From: a virus | Length of the DNA stretch: 64,000 nucleotides | Virus record (IMG/VR): IMGVR_UViG_3300047471_000162 | Coordinates: 1-64,000 of that record | Reading direction: 5' to 3' (one strand) | The notes under the pieces: generated by a model | What the model was told of the DNA's origin: nothing | Seen by the model: the letters and a program-made list of their open reading frames with translations, nothing else | The model's database searches: none | Shown: one piece after another, positions 22,541 through 32,097 of the stretch | Position numbering within the stretch: position 1 is the stretch's first letter | Layout: every line of letters starts with the position of its first letter | Program-made: the position numbers and the translations under genes

Positions 22541-23611
22541 ATGCATATCCAGAGTTACGAGATGTTGGTTGATCTCGCAGATGGCTTTCCATATATCGCG
22601 GCGTATTTGGAAGACACAACCAAGGGTCGTAGAGCTGTAGTTACCCAACTCGATAACTGGGGATATACAGTATCGGAGAAGCTAGTAAGAAAGTATCGAG
22701 ATAATCGTCTCAATGAAAACAATGTCATTCATATGACCGATTATGTAATTGAGCCGCTTACTACAGAGAAGCTTGAAACTTATAAGCCTTTGTTCTCTGA
22801 TGGTACTGAGATGAAGATTACACAAGGCTCAGCTCGTGGATCTAGAACTATTGTGATCATGCCAGATGTACAAGCTCCATTGCACGATCAGAGTCTGGTG
22901 AATAAGTTTGTAGATTTCATCTATGACTTCCAGCCTAACGAAATTGCACAGGTTGGTGATTTCACCGACTCTACAGAGATCAGTCGTTGGGTTCGTGGAA
23001 AGAGGCCAGAGTTTGCAGGAGATCTGCGTAAGGGTTTCCTTGCCGGTCAGGATATTATTGATGATATCCGTGAGGTATTTGATGGTCGATTCCGTATTGT
23101 CAGATCTAACCACGATGACCGCCTAGAGCTGTATATCCAGAACTGTGCTCCTGGCCTTGCTTCTTTCGGAGATTATGAGCTAAGTTTCGAATCCTTGATG
23201 CGATTCAACGATTACGATGTAGAATTTATTCGCGACGGAATGGTTGAACTAATTAAGGATGAATGGATTATGGGACATGGCGATGAGGGATCCCTTTCTC
23301 CTCAGGCTGGTAAGACTGCATTCGGATTGGCAAAGAATAAGTTTGGTGTCAATGTTGTCTGTGGTCACACTCATCGCGCTGGTATGACTAGTGAGTCTTA
23401 TGGCTATAATGGAGAGATTCGTCGTACTTTGACAGGTCTTGAGGTTGGTCACTTCATGGATATACGTCAGGCCAACTATCTGGATAAGAAGGGTGGAACT
23501 GCTAACTGGCAGCAAGCCTTTGGGATCCTGGAGACAATCAACGGAAAGACCTTCCCACATCTGATCACAGTTAATGATGGTAACTTCTCTTTTGAAAGCG
23601 TAATGTACTAA
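22541..23611 (+). CDS. Calcineurin-like metallophosphoesterase
   Basis: PDVQ, GD..D, SNHD, HGD and GHTH motifs; GAGG RBS before 22541. Confidence 0.85.
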   Translation: MHIQSYEMLVDLADGFPYIAAYLEDTTKGRRAVVTQLDNWGYTVSEKLVRKYRDNRLNENNVIHMTDYVIEPLTTEKLETYKPLFSDGTEMKITQGSARGSRTIVIMPDVQAPLHDQSLVNKFVDFIYDFQPNEIAQVGDFTDSTEISRWVRGKRPEFAGDLRKGFLAGQDIIDDIREVFDGRFRIVRSNHDDRLELYIQNCAPGLASFGDYELSFESLMRFNDYDVEFIRDGMVELIKDEWIMGHGDEGSLSPQAGKTAFGLAKNKFGVNVVCGHTHRAGMTSESYGYNGEIRRTLTGLEVGHFMDIRQANYLDKKGGTANWQQAFGILETINGKTFPHLITVNDGNFSFESVMY

Positions 23612-23782
23612 ATGATTGCTCTCGGCTGCGCGTTTATAGTATTGATCGTCTTGGCCGTGAGTGCTGGGATGGCAGGTCTGACTATGGTAGCTCTAGGAGC
23701 TGTTGGTGTTCACGTATCTTTTTGGGTAGCTTGGGCTATCTATATCGTTCTTAGTGCAATATTTAGAGGAGCTACAAAGTAA

Positions 23783-24226
23783 ATGAACTATACCCCGATG
23801 AACAATGTCACTGAGTTTCATGACAAGTTTCATAGGGACGGAAAGGGCCGCCATGAGCGGCCTATTTCTGTTTCTATACTCACATCCCGTCTACGTCTTA
23901 TCGTAGAAGAATTTGAAGAAGTGGTTGACGCTATGGAAGGCTATACATTAGTTCTTAAGGAAAAGAATATAGAATCTAAAACTTCTCTACTAATGCATAG
24001 AGCCACTAAGGCACATCTAGCAAAAGAACTGGCAGATCTTCTTTATGTGGTTTACGGAACTGCCGAGGAACTGGGAATCCCCTTGGAGGAGATATTTATA
24101 AAGGTACACCAAAATAATATGGATAAAGTGTGGGATGATGGTACCGTGCACTACAATGACTTTGGTAAAATTATTAAACCACCTACCTACTCACCACCAG
24201 ATATAGAAAGTATCCTCTATGCCTAA
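23783..24226 (+). CDS. MazG-like nucleoside triphosphate pyrophosphohydrolase
   Basis: EEFEE...KELADLLYVVYG...VH..NM.K...GKIIKP. Confidence 0.85.
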   Translation: MNYTPMNNVTEFHDKFHRDGKGRHERPISVSILTSRLRLIVEEFEEVVDAMEGYTLVLKEKNIESKTSLLMHRATKAHLAKELADLLYVVYGTAEELGIPLEEIFIKVHQNNMDKVWDDGTVHYNDFGKIIKPPTYSPPDIESILYA

Positions 24227-24443
24227 AGAAGAAATTCCGCCACATCTTCAAGCATGGCAAGAGGAGAGTTGGACATATCATGGAGGAACTTACCATGAGG
24301 ATGCCCTTCCAATCTATACTGATTACTGTGTATTTCATGAGGGTAATCATTATCCAGGAGAAGATTGTCCTCATTTTGATCTAGAAGATGAACTGGGTAT
24401 TATTCACGCACCAGGATGGACTGTCCTGGATAATAGAAACTAA
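24219..24443 (+). CDS. Hypothetical protein
   Basis: ORF overlapping the upstream stop. Confidence 0.6.
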   Translation: MPKEEIPPHLQAWQEESWTYHGGTYHEDALPIYTDYCVFHEGNHYPGEDCPHFDLEDELGIIHAPGWTVLDNRN

Positions 24444-24451
24444 GGACTAAC

Positions 24452-24826
24452 ATGACAGATCTATCCACTAATATTGGCTGGACAGCTCAGCATCCTACAT
24501 TATTCGTTCATGATGAGGGTGAGCCGGGTCAAACATTCACAGAGGACCAGTTGCCTCACCCCGATGTACAGCGCGCATCAGGAATCGATCCTGTGCTTTA
24601 TCGCTCTGCTCATGGTCTTATAGTGACTCCTGCTGAAGGACCAATGCCAACCTTCGTAGGTACTGAGACAGGCGTAGCGCCCCATGAGGCCATCCGTGTG
24701 AACGGTAACGTGGAATCCTTCATCAGTGTGCCAGCAGAGTCTGTAGCAGCCTCTGTAGAGCCCTCTGTGGACCTTACTGAGGTACCTGTAGAAGAGGTAG
24801 TTACTCAGTCTGTACCTGCTGAATAA
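24452..24826 (+). CDS. Hypothetical protein
   Basis: ORF with RBS; followed by a terminator-like hairpin. Confidence 0.7.
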   Translation: MTDLSTNIGWTAQHPTLFVHDEGEPGQTFTEDQLPHPDVQRASGIDPVLYRSAHGLIVTPAEGPMPTFVGTETGVAPHEAIRVNGNVESFISVPAESVAASVEPSVDLTEVPVEEVVTQSVPAE

Positions 24827-24893
24827 TTGCTCCACATATCCCGGCCGGTATCATAATAGGTACTGGTCGGGATATTTTTATTGAGGAGAGAGA

Positions 24894-25373
24894 ATGGCGA
24901 GACAAAAAGTAACTAATAGAGTTCCACCAATCACATCTACTAGAAGAGCAGGCTCTGCGTGGGATAGAGAATTCTTAGGGCAGACAACTTATGGTAGACA
25001 AGAACAAACGCCTGTCAACTCCATAATCCCTAATAGAGGATCGTTTGGAGATGCACAGGCGCTACAAAATAATGTAAGACAGAGTCAGGATATTCTTACT
25101 GCTCAAGAAATACAAATGGCGCTGATAGGAAATGACAGACCACTTCTTCCCTATCAACCCACACCAACTATTAATCCAGGAAGACCTAGAACTCTGGCAG
25201 CTGGGTATGATGAAAGAACTCAGACTCTACGAATTAAGTTTCGTGATGGAGAGATCTATGAGTATTACCAAGTACCTCCTTCCGTTTGGTGGAAGTTTCA
25301 AAGAGCACAATCTCCCGGAAGATATATTAATACAGCACTCAATCGATATCCATACTCTCGTGGTCTACTATAA
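24894..25373 (+). CDS. KTSC domain protein
   Basis: GYD...TLRIKFRDG..YEYYQVP..VW..F..A.SPGRYIN. Confidence 0.85.
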   Translation: MARQKVTNRVPPITSTRRAGSAWDREFLGQTTYGRQEQTPVNSIIPNRGSFGDAQALQNNVRQSQDILTAQEIQMALIGNDRPLLPYQPTPTINPGRPRTLAAGYDERTQTLRIKFRDGEIYEYYQVPPSVWWKFQRAQSPGRYINTALNRYPYSRGLL

Positions 25374-25382
25374 GGAATACTC

Positions 25383-25694
25383 TTGTCGCTAACTAGCACT
25401 ACCCACGATCTAGGAAATTTCTTTTGGCACAGTATCCGGCTAAAGAAAGATTCTCCACTTATCCATAGATTTCCATCCCATGAACCAGAATCTCCTTTTC
25501 GTTGGTCCAAGTCTTGGATATTCAAACTACCCTTTAGTAATCGAGGAATAGTTATGGGTAGGTGGAGAAGTATTAAACGAACAGAAGAAGAAGCTCTCCT
25601 GGCAGCTCTAGCGGGTCGTGATATGGACCTACAAGAATTACCAGAAGAGCAACAGAATAATATTCGACATAACTCACTTTTGGAAACTAAATGA
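25383..25694 (+). CDS. Hypothetical protein
   Basis: ORF in operon. Confidence 0.65.
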   Translation: MSLTSTTHDLGNFFWHSIRLKKDSPLIHRFPSHEPESPFRWSKSWIFKLPFSNRGIVMGRWRSIKRTEEEALLAALAGRDMDLQELPEEQQNNIRHNSLLETK

Positions 25695-25948
25695 AACTAT
25701 TGAGGCGTAAGGATTCTACTAGTAGTATCCAAAGTGACGCTACTAGAAAACTTCGAAGAGTAGCAGATATTGAGATACTAAGATGGGTTGATAATATCCA
25801 CAGTGGTTTGGGAATGAACGTTCAAGAGCTACGAAAGTCTCTTGGTAATGCTGACCAATCCTTGATCTACTTAGAAGATATTCGTAGAGGAGCTTACTCC
25901 TTATTAGCCGCTATAGAGGTCATGGAAGAAAGAAGACAGATCAATTAG
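25691..25948 (+). CDS. Hypothetical protein
   Basis: ORF in operon. Confidence 0.65.
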   Translation: MKLLRRKDSTSSIQSDATRKLRRVADIEILRWVDNIHSGLGMNVQELRKSLGNADQSLIYLEDIRRGAYSLLAAIEVMEERRQIN

Positions 25949-26147
25949 ATAGTTGGGCTATTACTAATACAATAAAATACCCCAGTAGACCTATACCTGT
26001 AAGCAGTATCCCTATTATGAGACTACGCCAGATACGGTCGATAGTACGATTATTATTGAACCAGATCCCAAACCGGGTCTGGTCAATTTTTTGTCCTAGC
26101 CAATAACCTACAAAGGTGGCTAGTGCACTTTTCTCAAAGTCGTTCAT
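25941..26147 (-). CDS. Small membrane protein on the opposite strand
   Basis: C-terminal TM segment. Confidence 0.6.
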   Translation of the reverse strand: MNDFEKSALATFVGYWLGQKIDQTRFGIWFNNNRTIDRIWRSLIIGILLTGIGLLGYFIVLVIAQLSN

Positions 26148-26199
26148 GATATATCCCTATAGTAGAATGGCAGTATGTGAAATTATTTAGGAGAATAAT

Positions 26200-27789
26200 A
26201 TGGTTGATCAACTGGAAGACTATGAAGACCCATACGCTGAATTAGATGAAGAAGAAAAGGAAGCTTATAGAACTACTCAGGTAGAACTCGATCCCACCTC
26301 TCAGGCTTTTGTTGATGCACTTGTAGAACGTTTACTAAGATTCGCCGATGAACTATCTGGCCACCCTCTCTACGGGTACCAGAGACCTTTCGCAGCCAGG
26401 TTTATGGAATCTGTCATAATTAATGACGGGGCAACTATTACTGCACTATTTGCCAGACAGAGCGGTAAGACTGAGACAGTAGCAACGTCTATCGCTACTA
26501 TGATGATTATGCTCCCCCGGCTGGCTAAGGTAGAGCCCTTTAACGAGTGGCTAGATCCTTTTAAAGAAGGAGTATGGGTAGGTGCCTTTGCTCCAGTAGA
26601 TGACATGGCTAAGACACTATTTTCTCGTATCGTATCCATGCTTACTTCTGAGAAGGCTCAGGCCATTATGCTTGACCCAGCCATTGACGAAAGAATAAGG
26701 GGTCGCGGTTCAGAAATCAAGTTAGAGAGATGTGGATCTATAGTCCGTCGACAGACTGCACACCCTCGCGCTAGTATCGAAGGTAAGACTTACCATATCG
26801 CCCTTATTGATGAGTCTCAGGTTGCTGATCAGAAGGTAGTGGACAAGTCAATCAGCCCCATGCTTGCTTCTACTAATGGCACCTTGGTAATGACCGGTAC
26901 CCCATCATACGAGAAGGGTGTCTTCTATAGAAATATCCAGCAGAATAAAAGAGAGTCATTAAGACGAGGTAAGAGAGTTAATCATTTTGAGGCTGACTGG
27001 AGAGAAGTAAGTAAGTGGAACACTAAGTATGAGAAGGCTGTAAAGCGTGACATGCTTAAGATGGGGTATGATTCTGATGAGTTCAAACTTTCTTATAGAC
27101 TAATGTGGCTTCTAGAACAAGGAATGTTCACAACCTCCGAGCGTCTAGAGGAGCTAGGAGATAAGTCTATGGAAACAGTAAAGGCTTATTACAAGACACC
27201 TATTATTATAGGTATCGATCCTGGACGAAAAATTGACAGTACCATTGTTACTGCACTATTTGTTGACTGGACTAGACCAGATGAATTTGGCTATTATAAT
27301 TGCCGAGTTATAAATTGGCTTGACCTTCAAGGGCAGGATTGGGAAACTCAATATCACAGAATTGTAGAATTCGTTTCGAAGTATAATGTATGGGCAATAG
27401 GTGTAGACGTTGGTGGAATGGGAGATCTCTTTATTTCCAGGCTACGAGTGCTTCTACCCCATGTGTCTGTTATCGATGTGTCTTCACAGAGACCTGCTCA
27501 ATCCGAGCGTTGGAAGTATTTGAGAGATATGCTGGACCGAGGAAAGATCGGTTGGCCAGCCCACGCTAGAACTAAGCAACTAAAGACATATAAGAATTTT
27601 ATTCAACAGATGGGCGATCTACAGGTAAAGTTTGAAGGACCTTATATGCTCGCTGAAGCTCCAAAGGAAGTCAATGCTCATGACGATTACTGTGATTCCC
27701 TTGCTATAGCATTGAGTGTTATTCCTGAAGGAGTTATGGAGTCAGTAGAGGTCAGTAATAATCCCTTCTACGATCGTAGAAGAAGCTAA
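26200..27789 (+). CDS. Terminase large subunit
   Basis: Walker A ARQSGKT, Walker B IALIDE, TGTP; nuclease GIDPG...HDDYCDS. Confidence 0.93.
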   Translation: MVDQLEDYEDPYAELDEEEKEAYRTTQVELDPTSQAFVDALVERLLRFADELSGHPLYGYQRPFAARFMESVIINDGATITALFARQSGKTETVATSIATMMIMLPRLAKVEPFNEWLDPFKEGVWVGAFAPVDDMAKTLFSRIVSMLTSEKAQAIMLDPAIDERIRGRGSEIKLERCGSIVRRQTAHPRASIEGKTYHIALIDESQVADQKVVDKSISPMLASTNGTLVMTGTPSYEKGVFYRNIQQNKRESLRRGKRVNHFEADWREVSKWNTKYEKAVKRDMLKMGYDSDEFKLSYRLMWLLEQGMFTTSERLEELGDKSMETVKAYYKTPIIIGIDPGRKIDSTIVTALFVDWTRPDEFGYYNCRVINWLDLQGQDWETQYHRIVEFVSKYNVWAIGVDVGGMGDLFISRLRVLLPHVSVIDVSSQRPAQSERWKYLRDMLDRGKIGWPAHARTKQLKTYKNFIQQMGDLQVKFEGPYMLAEAPKEVNAHDDYCDSLAIALSVIPEGVMESVEVSNNPFYDRRRS

Positions 27790-27836
27790 ATGGGATATCA
27801 TAATATAAAGACCGGTCTTTAATTTAAGGAATTAAT

Positions 27837-28277
27837 ATGGCAGATTACGGATACAGTGAGGCAGGCAGCTCAGTTAATCTTGCTCCTACCCCTCGCTTCC
27901 CAGAAAGAGATCGTGGAGCGGTCAACTACGAAGACAAGATGGCTTCCAACCCATCCCGTCGTGGTCCCCTGCGCTTTGAGGAAGGTCTGGCAACTGATAC
28001 CGATGTTCCAGATGACTTTACTCTTGGAGTAATGCAGGGTTATAGAACTGCTCCAGGTCGTCCAAATCACAATGCTAATGTATTTGAGAAGCCAGCAGCT
28101 GAGACAATGAAGGAAAGAGCCCATGTTGGTTCTGCTGCATGGATTGATTCTGCTGACATGCTTGGTGATTTCATGCACGGTATGAATGTAAACGCTAATG
28201 CTTCTCGTAGATTCGAGCAAGTAAATAGGGGTGAAGGTCGTAAGGAGCGTCTACATGGCGCTATTGTTAGTGACTAA
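27837..28277 (+). CDS. Hypothetical protein (virion-module associated)
   Basis: ORF with RBS. Confidence 0.75.
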   Translation: MADYGYSEAGSSVNLAPTPRFPERDRGAVNYEDKMASNPSRRGPLRFEEGLATDTDVPDDFTLGVMQGYRTAPGRPNHNANVFEKPAAETMKERAHVGSAAWIDSADMLGDFMHGMNVNANASRRFEQVNRGEGRKERLHGAIVSD

Positions 28278-28299
28278 CTAAACTACTAAGGAATACTAA

Positions 28300-28512
28300 A
28301 TGGCTAATTCTGATTTAACTAATCGTTTCACTTTTCATCCAGTCTCAGGACCAGCTCAGGCAGCTCTGTACGAAGAGGTTCGTGCCAAGGCATTAGAGCT
28401 AGCCCTGTGGCTGGATAGTATTGCTCCAGATAGCCGCGAGCTTTCTACAGCTATTACGAAGCTTGATGAAGTTGTCTTCCACACTAACGCAGCTATTGCT
28501 CGACACACCTAA
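28300..28512 (+). CDS. Acb2/Tad1-like helical hairpin protein (candidate immune-signal sponge)
   Basis: RFTFH...Y..VR...P.SRELSTAITKLDEVVF..NAAIAR pattern. Confidence 0.55.
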   Translation: MANSDLTNRFTFHPVSGPAQAALYEEVRAKALELALWLDSIAPDSRELSTAITKLDEVVFHTNAAIARHT

Positions 28513-28533
28513 GAGGAAGAATAGAAAAATACT

Positions 28534-29922
28534 ATGACAGTCGTATTACCCATTACGGGATCCCCTAACTGGGATGTGCCGCTCGATAGTGCGTTGTTGG
28601 ACTTACAGTCTCAGGCACAGGCAGCACAGACCACAGCCAATAGCGGTATAACATCCTTGTCTACTAAGGTGACCAAGGATGCGTTGGTTTACAATGTAAA
28701 AGATCATGGTGCTGTAGGAAATGGGGCTACTGATGATACAACGGCTATTCAGACTACTATCAATCTGGCAAGCGCTAGCGGCGGTATAGTATTTTTCCCC
28801 GTAGGTACCTACAACCTTTCAGCTTCTTTGACCCTCGCTAATAACATAATTTTGGCCGGATCAGGGCATACCACAACTATTCTTAAGCAGAATTCTACTT
28901 CTTCTGATGGATTTGTATTAGCAGACGCTGTAGGTATTCGTATTGAGAATATACGTCTTACTGGACCAGGATCGGGTACAGGTAGAGGAGTTCACTTTAC
29001 AACGTCCATCTCTACCTCTACATCTTTTATATCTATGCAGGATGTAGTAGTGACGGCATTTGGTGGAGATGGTATCAATATCTCCCTACCGGTGTCTAGC
29101 CAGTTCAATAAGGTAATAACTACAAACTGTGGCGGCTATGGTTTTAATCTATTTGGTACATCCGTACCTACTAGCTATGGAAATACTCTAGACTCTTGTT
29201 ATTCCTTTGGATGTACAACAGGTGGCTTTAGATTATTTAATGTGGCGTATACAACTCTTAATAGCTGTCTAAGTCTTTCCACTCTTACAGGCTATACAGT
29301 AGATACCTGTAAGGGTGTAGTTCTTAATGGTTGTGGGGCTCAGTCCTGCACAACTGGTATTAAGGTAAATGCGGGTACAGGTAATTCAATTATTAGTCAT
29401 TTAAACTATGACAATAAAGGAATTGGTATCCAGGTTACTAGCAATGCAGTCACCATTGGAATATTCCAAGCTGTAGAAATTACTCCGCATGCTGGCGCTA
29501 CTCACTTTATTCAGGTAGATGCTGGAAGCTTTGCCACTATTATTGGTATGAACTTTGTTACCGCGAATCTATTTACTGGAACTACTCAGATATTGGATGA
29601 TGGTACTACTGGCGCTGCTACTATAAATGGCACTGCTCTTATCAATAACAACTTAAAGATAAATACTGTGGGTAATGGTCTTTTCGTAAAGGAAGGGACT
29701 AATGCAAAAATGGGAGTGGCCACATTAGTGGCTGGCACTGTAGTAGTATCTACGACAGCAGTTACAGCTAATAGTAGAATCATGTTAACTGGACAAAATA
29801 CCAGCGGTACACCCGGATCTCTCGGAGTATCCGCCAGAACAGCTGGAACTTCTTTTACAGTGCTTTCTACGTCAGGTACAGACACACGTCAGGTAGCTTG
29901 GTTTATAATTGAACCAGCTTAA
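28534..29922 (+). CDS. Right-handed beta-helix (pectate lyase-like) virion protein or depolymerase
   Basis: YNVKDHGAVGNGATDDTTAIQ...VFFPVGTY. Confidence 0.85.
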   Translation: MTVVLPITGSPNWDVPLDSALLDLQSQAQAAQTTANSGITSLSTKVTKDALVYNVKDHGAVGNGATDDTTAIQTTINLASASGGIVFFPVGTYNLSASLTLANNIILAGSGHTTTILKQNSTSSDGFVLADAVGIRIENIRLTGPGSGTGRGVHFTTSISTSTSFISMQDVVVTAFGGDGINISLPVSSQFNKVITTNCGGYGFNLFGTSVPTSYGNTLDSCYSFGCTTGGFRLFNVAYTTLNSCLSLSTLTGYTVDTCKGVVLNGCGAQSCTTGIKVNAGTGNSIISHLNYDNKGIGIQVTSNAVTIGIFQAVEITPHAGATHFIQVDAGSFATIIGMNFVTANLFTGTTQILDDGTTGAATINGTALINNNLKINTVGNGLFVKEGTNAKMGVATLVAGTVVVSTTAVTANSRIMLTGQNTSGTPGSLGVSARTAGTSFTVLSTSGTDTRQVAWFIIEPA

Positions 29923-29956
29923 GGAATAAATAATCAAGTCTAATAAGGAGAACTAA

Positions 29957-30235
29957 ATGAGTGTTGTAGCCAATTTTGAAGCAAAGCTTAAGGCTGTAAA
30001 GGGTAAGGTAGAAGGAGATATGAAGGATCTAGTTCTTTATATCGAATCTGTATTTCATCATATCCAAGCTTCTCATGTAGAAGATGTAGTAAAGAATGCA
30101 GTAGTATCTGATCTACATGCTGCTACTGTAAAGATTGACAATGTAGCCAACACTATCCGTATTGAATCGGATTTGGCAGATAAGGCCGTTGATGCTGCTG
30201 ACGCCGCAGTTACAAAGGCTGTAAAGAAGAAGTAA
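29957..30235 (+). CDS. Hypothetical helical protein
   Basis: AAGGAG RBS. Confidence 0.7.
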   Translation: MSVVANFEAKLKAVKGKVEGDMKDLVLYIESVFHHIQASHVEDVVKNAVVSDLHAATVKIDNVANTIRIESDLADKAVDAADAAVTKAVKKK

Positions 30236-30261
30236 TTAATCCTATTAATTGGAAGTGAATA

Positions 30262-30639
30262 ATGGCCGTACACTCATTCAACGGTACTCTAGTTGTTAGC
30301 ACTGTTTCTGCAACAACTCTTACATCTTGGCAACCATTTGTTGCTGTCACTGTAGCTGCTTCTCCAGCCGGTACAGTTTGGGTAACAACTGATGGTTCTA
30401 CCCCTACTGTTGGTGGAGCTGACTGTGAGGCAGTAGCTTCTGGTACAACAGTCGTTCTTAAGAACCTTCTACCTCGTCCAGAGCTTACAACTCTTGCGGA
30501 CACCACTGGTGGAACCCAGCCAGGGAACACAGTGACATTCCCAGCTGCCGCTACTAAGGTCAATATGATCTCTTCAGTAGCTGCTGTATTCTCTGTATCC
30601 CTTTCTCAGAACGCCGGTTCTGCTACAGTTCTTTCCTAA
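30262..30639 (+). CDS. Putative virion protein (W.xxDG paralog family)
   Basis: VWVTTDGSTPTVGGADC. Confidence 0.75.
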   Translation: MAVHSFNGTLVVSTVSATTLTSWQPFVAVTVAASPAGTVWVTTDGSTPTVGGADCEAVASGTTVVLKNLLPRPELTTLADTTGGTQPGNTVTFPAAATKVNMISSVAAVFSVSLSQNAGSATVLS

Positions 30640-30826
30640 TCGGGGTAGCAGTGACTCTTTTCAATGACAGACGTGTCGCTGCACTTAAAGAATTATCAGA
30701 TACGGCCAACGGCATCAGACAAGACAGTGTTAAGTCTGTTGTCGTTGGTCTTCCTGATGAACCTCTAGTTACAGGCGAACCCGCAACACAGACTACTTCT
30801 GTGGTTAATATGAGATAGGACTTTTT

Positions 30827-31492
30827 ATGTCACGAACAACAAATGGAAGTACTGGTGTAAATACGGCTACTGCTGCTGGGCAGGCTCAGTGGTATGGCTC
30901 TGTTGCTATTAGTAATAGAAGTAATGTAACTACTCAAACAGTTTCATATCTATCTCCTCCATCCGGTTTAACTGCAACACCTACAGGTACTGGAGCTACA
31001 GTATACGGATACAGAGTATCCGCGCTTAATGCTAATGGTGAAACTTTAGCCTCTGCCGAAGTCACCTGTACTAACGCTGCGGTACTAGTTACTTCTACGG
31101 TATATAACACTATCGCTTGGAGTGCTGTATCCGGTGCAACGGGTTATAATTTATATGGGAGAACGCCTAGTGGTGAGTTAAGAATACTTACTAACTTTAC
31201 ATTCCTTAGCTATCAGGATGATGGTTCTGTTACTCCTTCTGGGGCATTACCTACATCTAATACTGCTGAAGTTGTTACAAATACCACAGCTGCACCCGTG
31301 GAACTTTGGACACGTCTAGATGGCCAGACAGCCATAGTAGCTACAACAGATAATTATCTAATAGCCCCTGGCCAGACTCGTACATTTTCTAATCCCACAC
31401 AGCCAACAGAAGCTGCTATAGGGTTTATAGGCTCTACCTCTATAAGTCTTATTTCGGCAACTGCTTGCCCCTACGAGATTGAGTTCAGATAA
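30827..31492 (+). CDS. Putative virion protein with FN3-like insert (W.xxDG family)
   Basis: YGYRVSALNANGET...WSAVSGATGYNLY; LWTRLDG. Confidence 0.75.
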   Translation: MSRTTNGSTGVNTATAAGQAQWYGSVAISNRSNVTTQTVSYLSPPSGLTATPTGTGATVYGYRVSALNANGETLASAEVTCTNAAVLVTSTVYNTIAWSAVSGATGYNLYGRTPSGELRILTNFTFLSYQDDGSVTPSGALPTSNTAEVVTNTTAAPVELWTRLDGQTAIVATTDNYLIAPGQTRTFSNPTQPTEAAIGFIGSTSISLISATACPYEIEFR

Positions 31493-31794
31493 TGGCTGCA
31501 CAGAGAGCTTCCTCTACTACGTTAGTTATTAATACCCCTGCCACTATTATTTTTCCTCAGTACTTTGCGACTATTACAGTAATAAATAGAAGCTCTACTG
31601 GAACTCTATGGGTTCGTACTGATGGACAAACACCAGCTGTCGCTGGAGATGATAATTATCCAGTGCTTCCTCTGCAAGCTCAATCTTTTCCAAATGGAAT
31701 ACTAACTCAAGAACCTATAACTCGGACAATATCTGGAACATCTGTTTCTATAATTTCCGATACTGCCTGCCCGTTAACGGTGTATGGCACTTAA
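31492..31794 (+). CDS. Putative virion protein (W.xxDG family)
   Basis: LWVRTDGQTPAVAGDDNY. Confidence 0.75.
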   Translation: MAAQRASSTTLVINTPATIIFPQYFATITVINRSSTGTLWVRTDGQTPAVAGDDNYPVLPLQAQSFPNGILTQEPITRTISGTSVSIISDTACPLTVYGT

Positions 31795-31797
31795 TGA

Positions 31798-32097
31798 TTG
31801 GTGTTCGCTATGGCCCAGCGAATAAAGAGTGGCGTCACTGTAGCTAGTACAGTGACTACCGTAACGTTTTCTACTTGGTACAACGCTATTGAGGTATTAA
31901 ATTCTGGGGGATTCGATATATGGATGCGTACAGATGGTATAGATCCCACCATCTCTGGAGATGATTGTATTCTTATTCCGTCACAAACTTGGAAGGATAC
32001 AATACCTAATGATCAAATACCTGCATCCAACACTATTGTAAAAATGATTTCTGCTACAGCTACCAACTACACTGTGGAAGGTAGAACACATGTCTAA
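31798..32097 (+). CDS. Putative virion protein (W.xxDG family)
   Basis: IWMRTDGIDPTISGDDC. Confidence 0.75.
   Translation: MVFAMAQRIKSGVTVASTVTTVTFSTWYNAIEVLNSGGFDIWMRTDGIDPTISGDDCILIPSQTWKDTIPNDQIPASNTIVKMISATATNYTVEGRTHV

Noticed and set aside
24845-27810. Phage-specific late promoter motif (TATCATAATA near 24849 and 27796)
   Set aside because: Only two clear copies were seen by eye, which is insufficient without a motif search or TSS data
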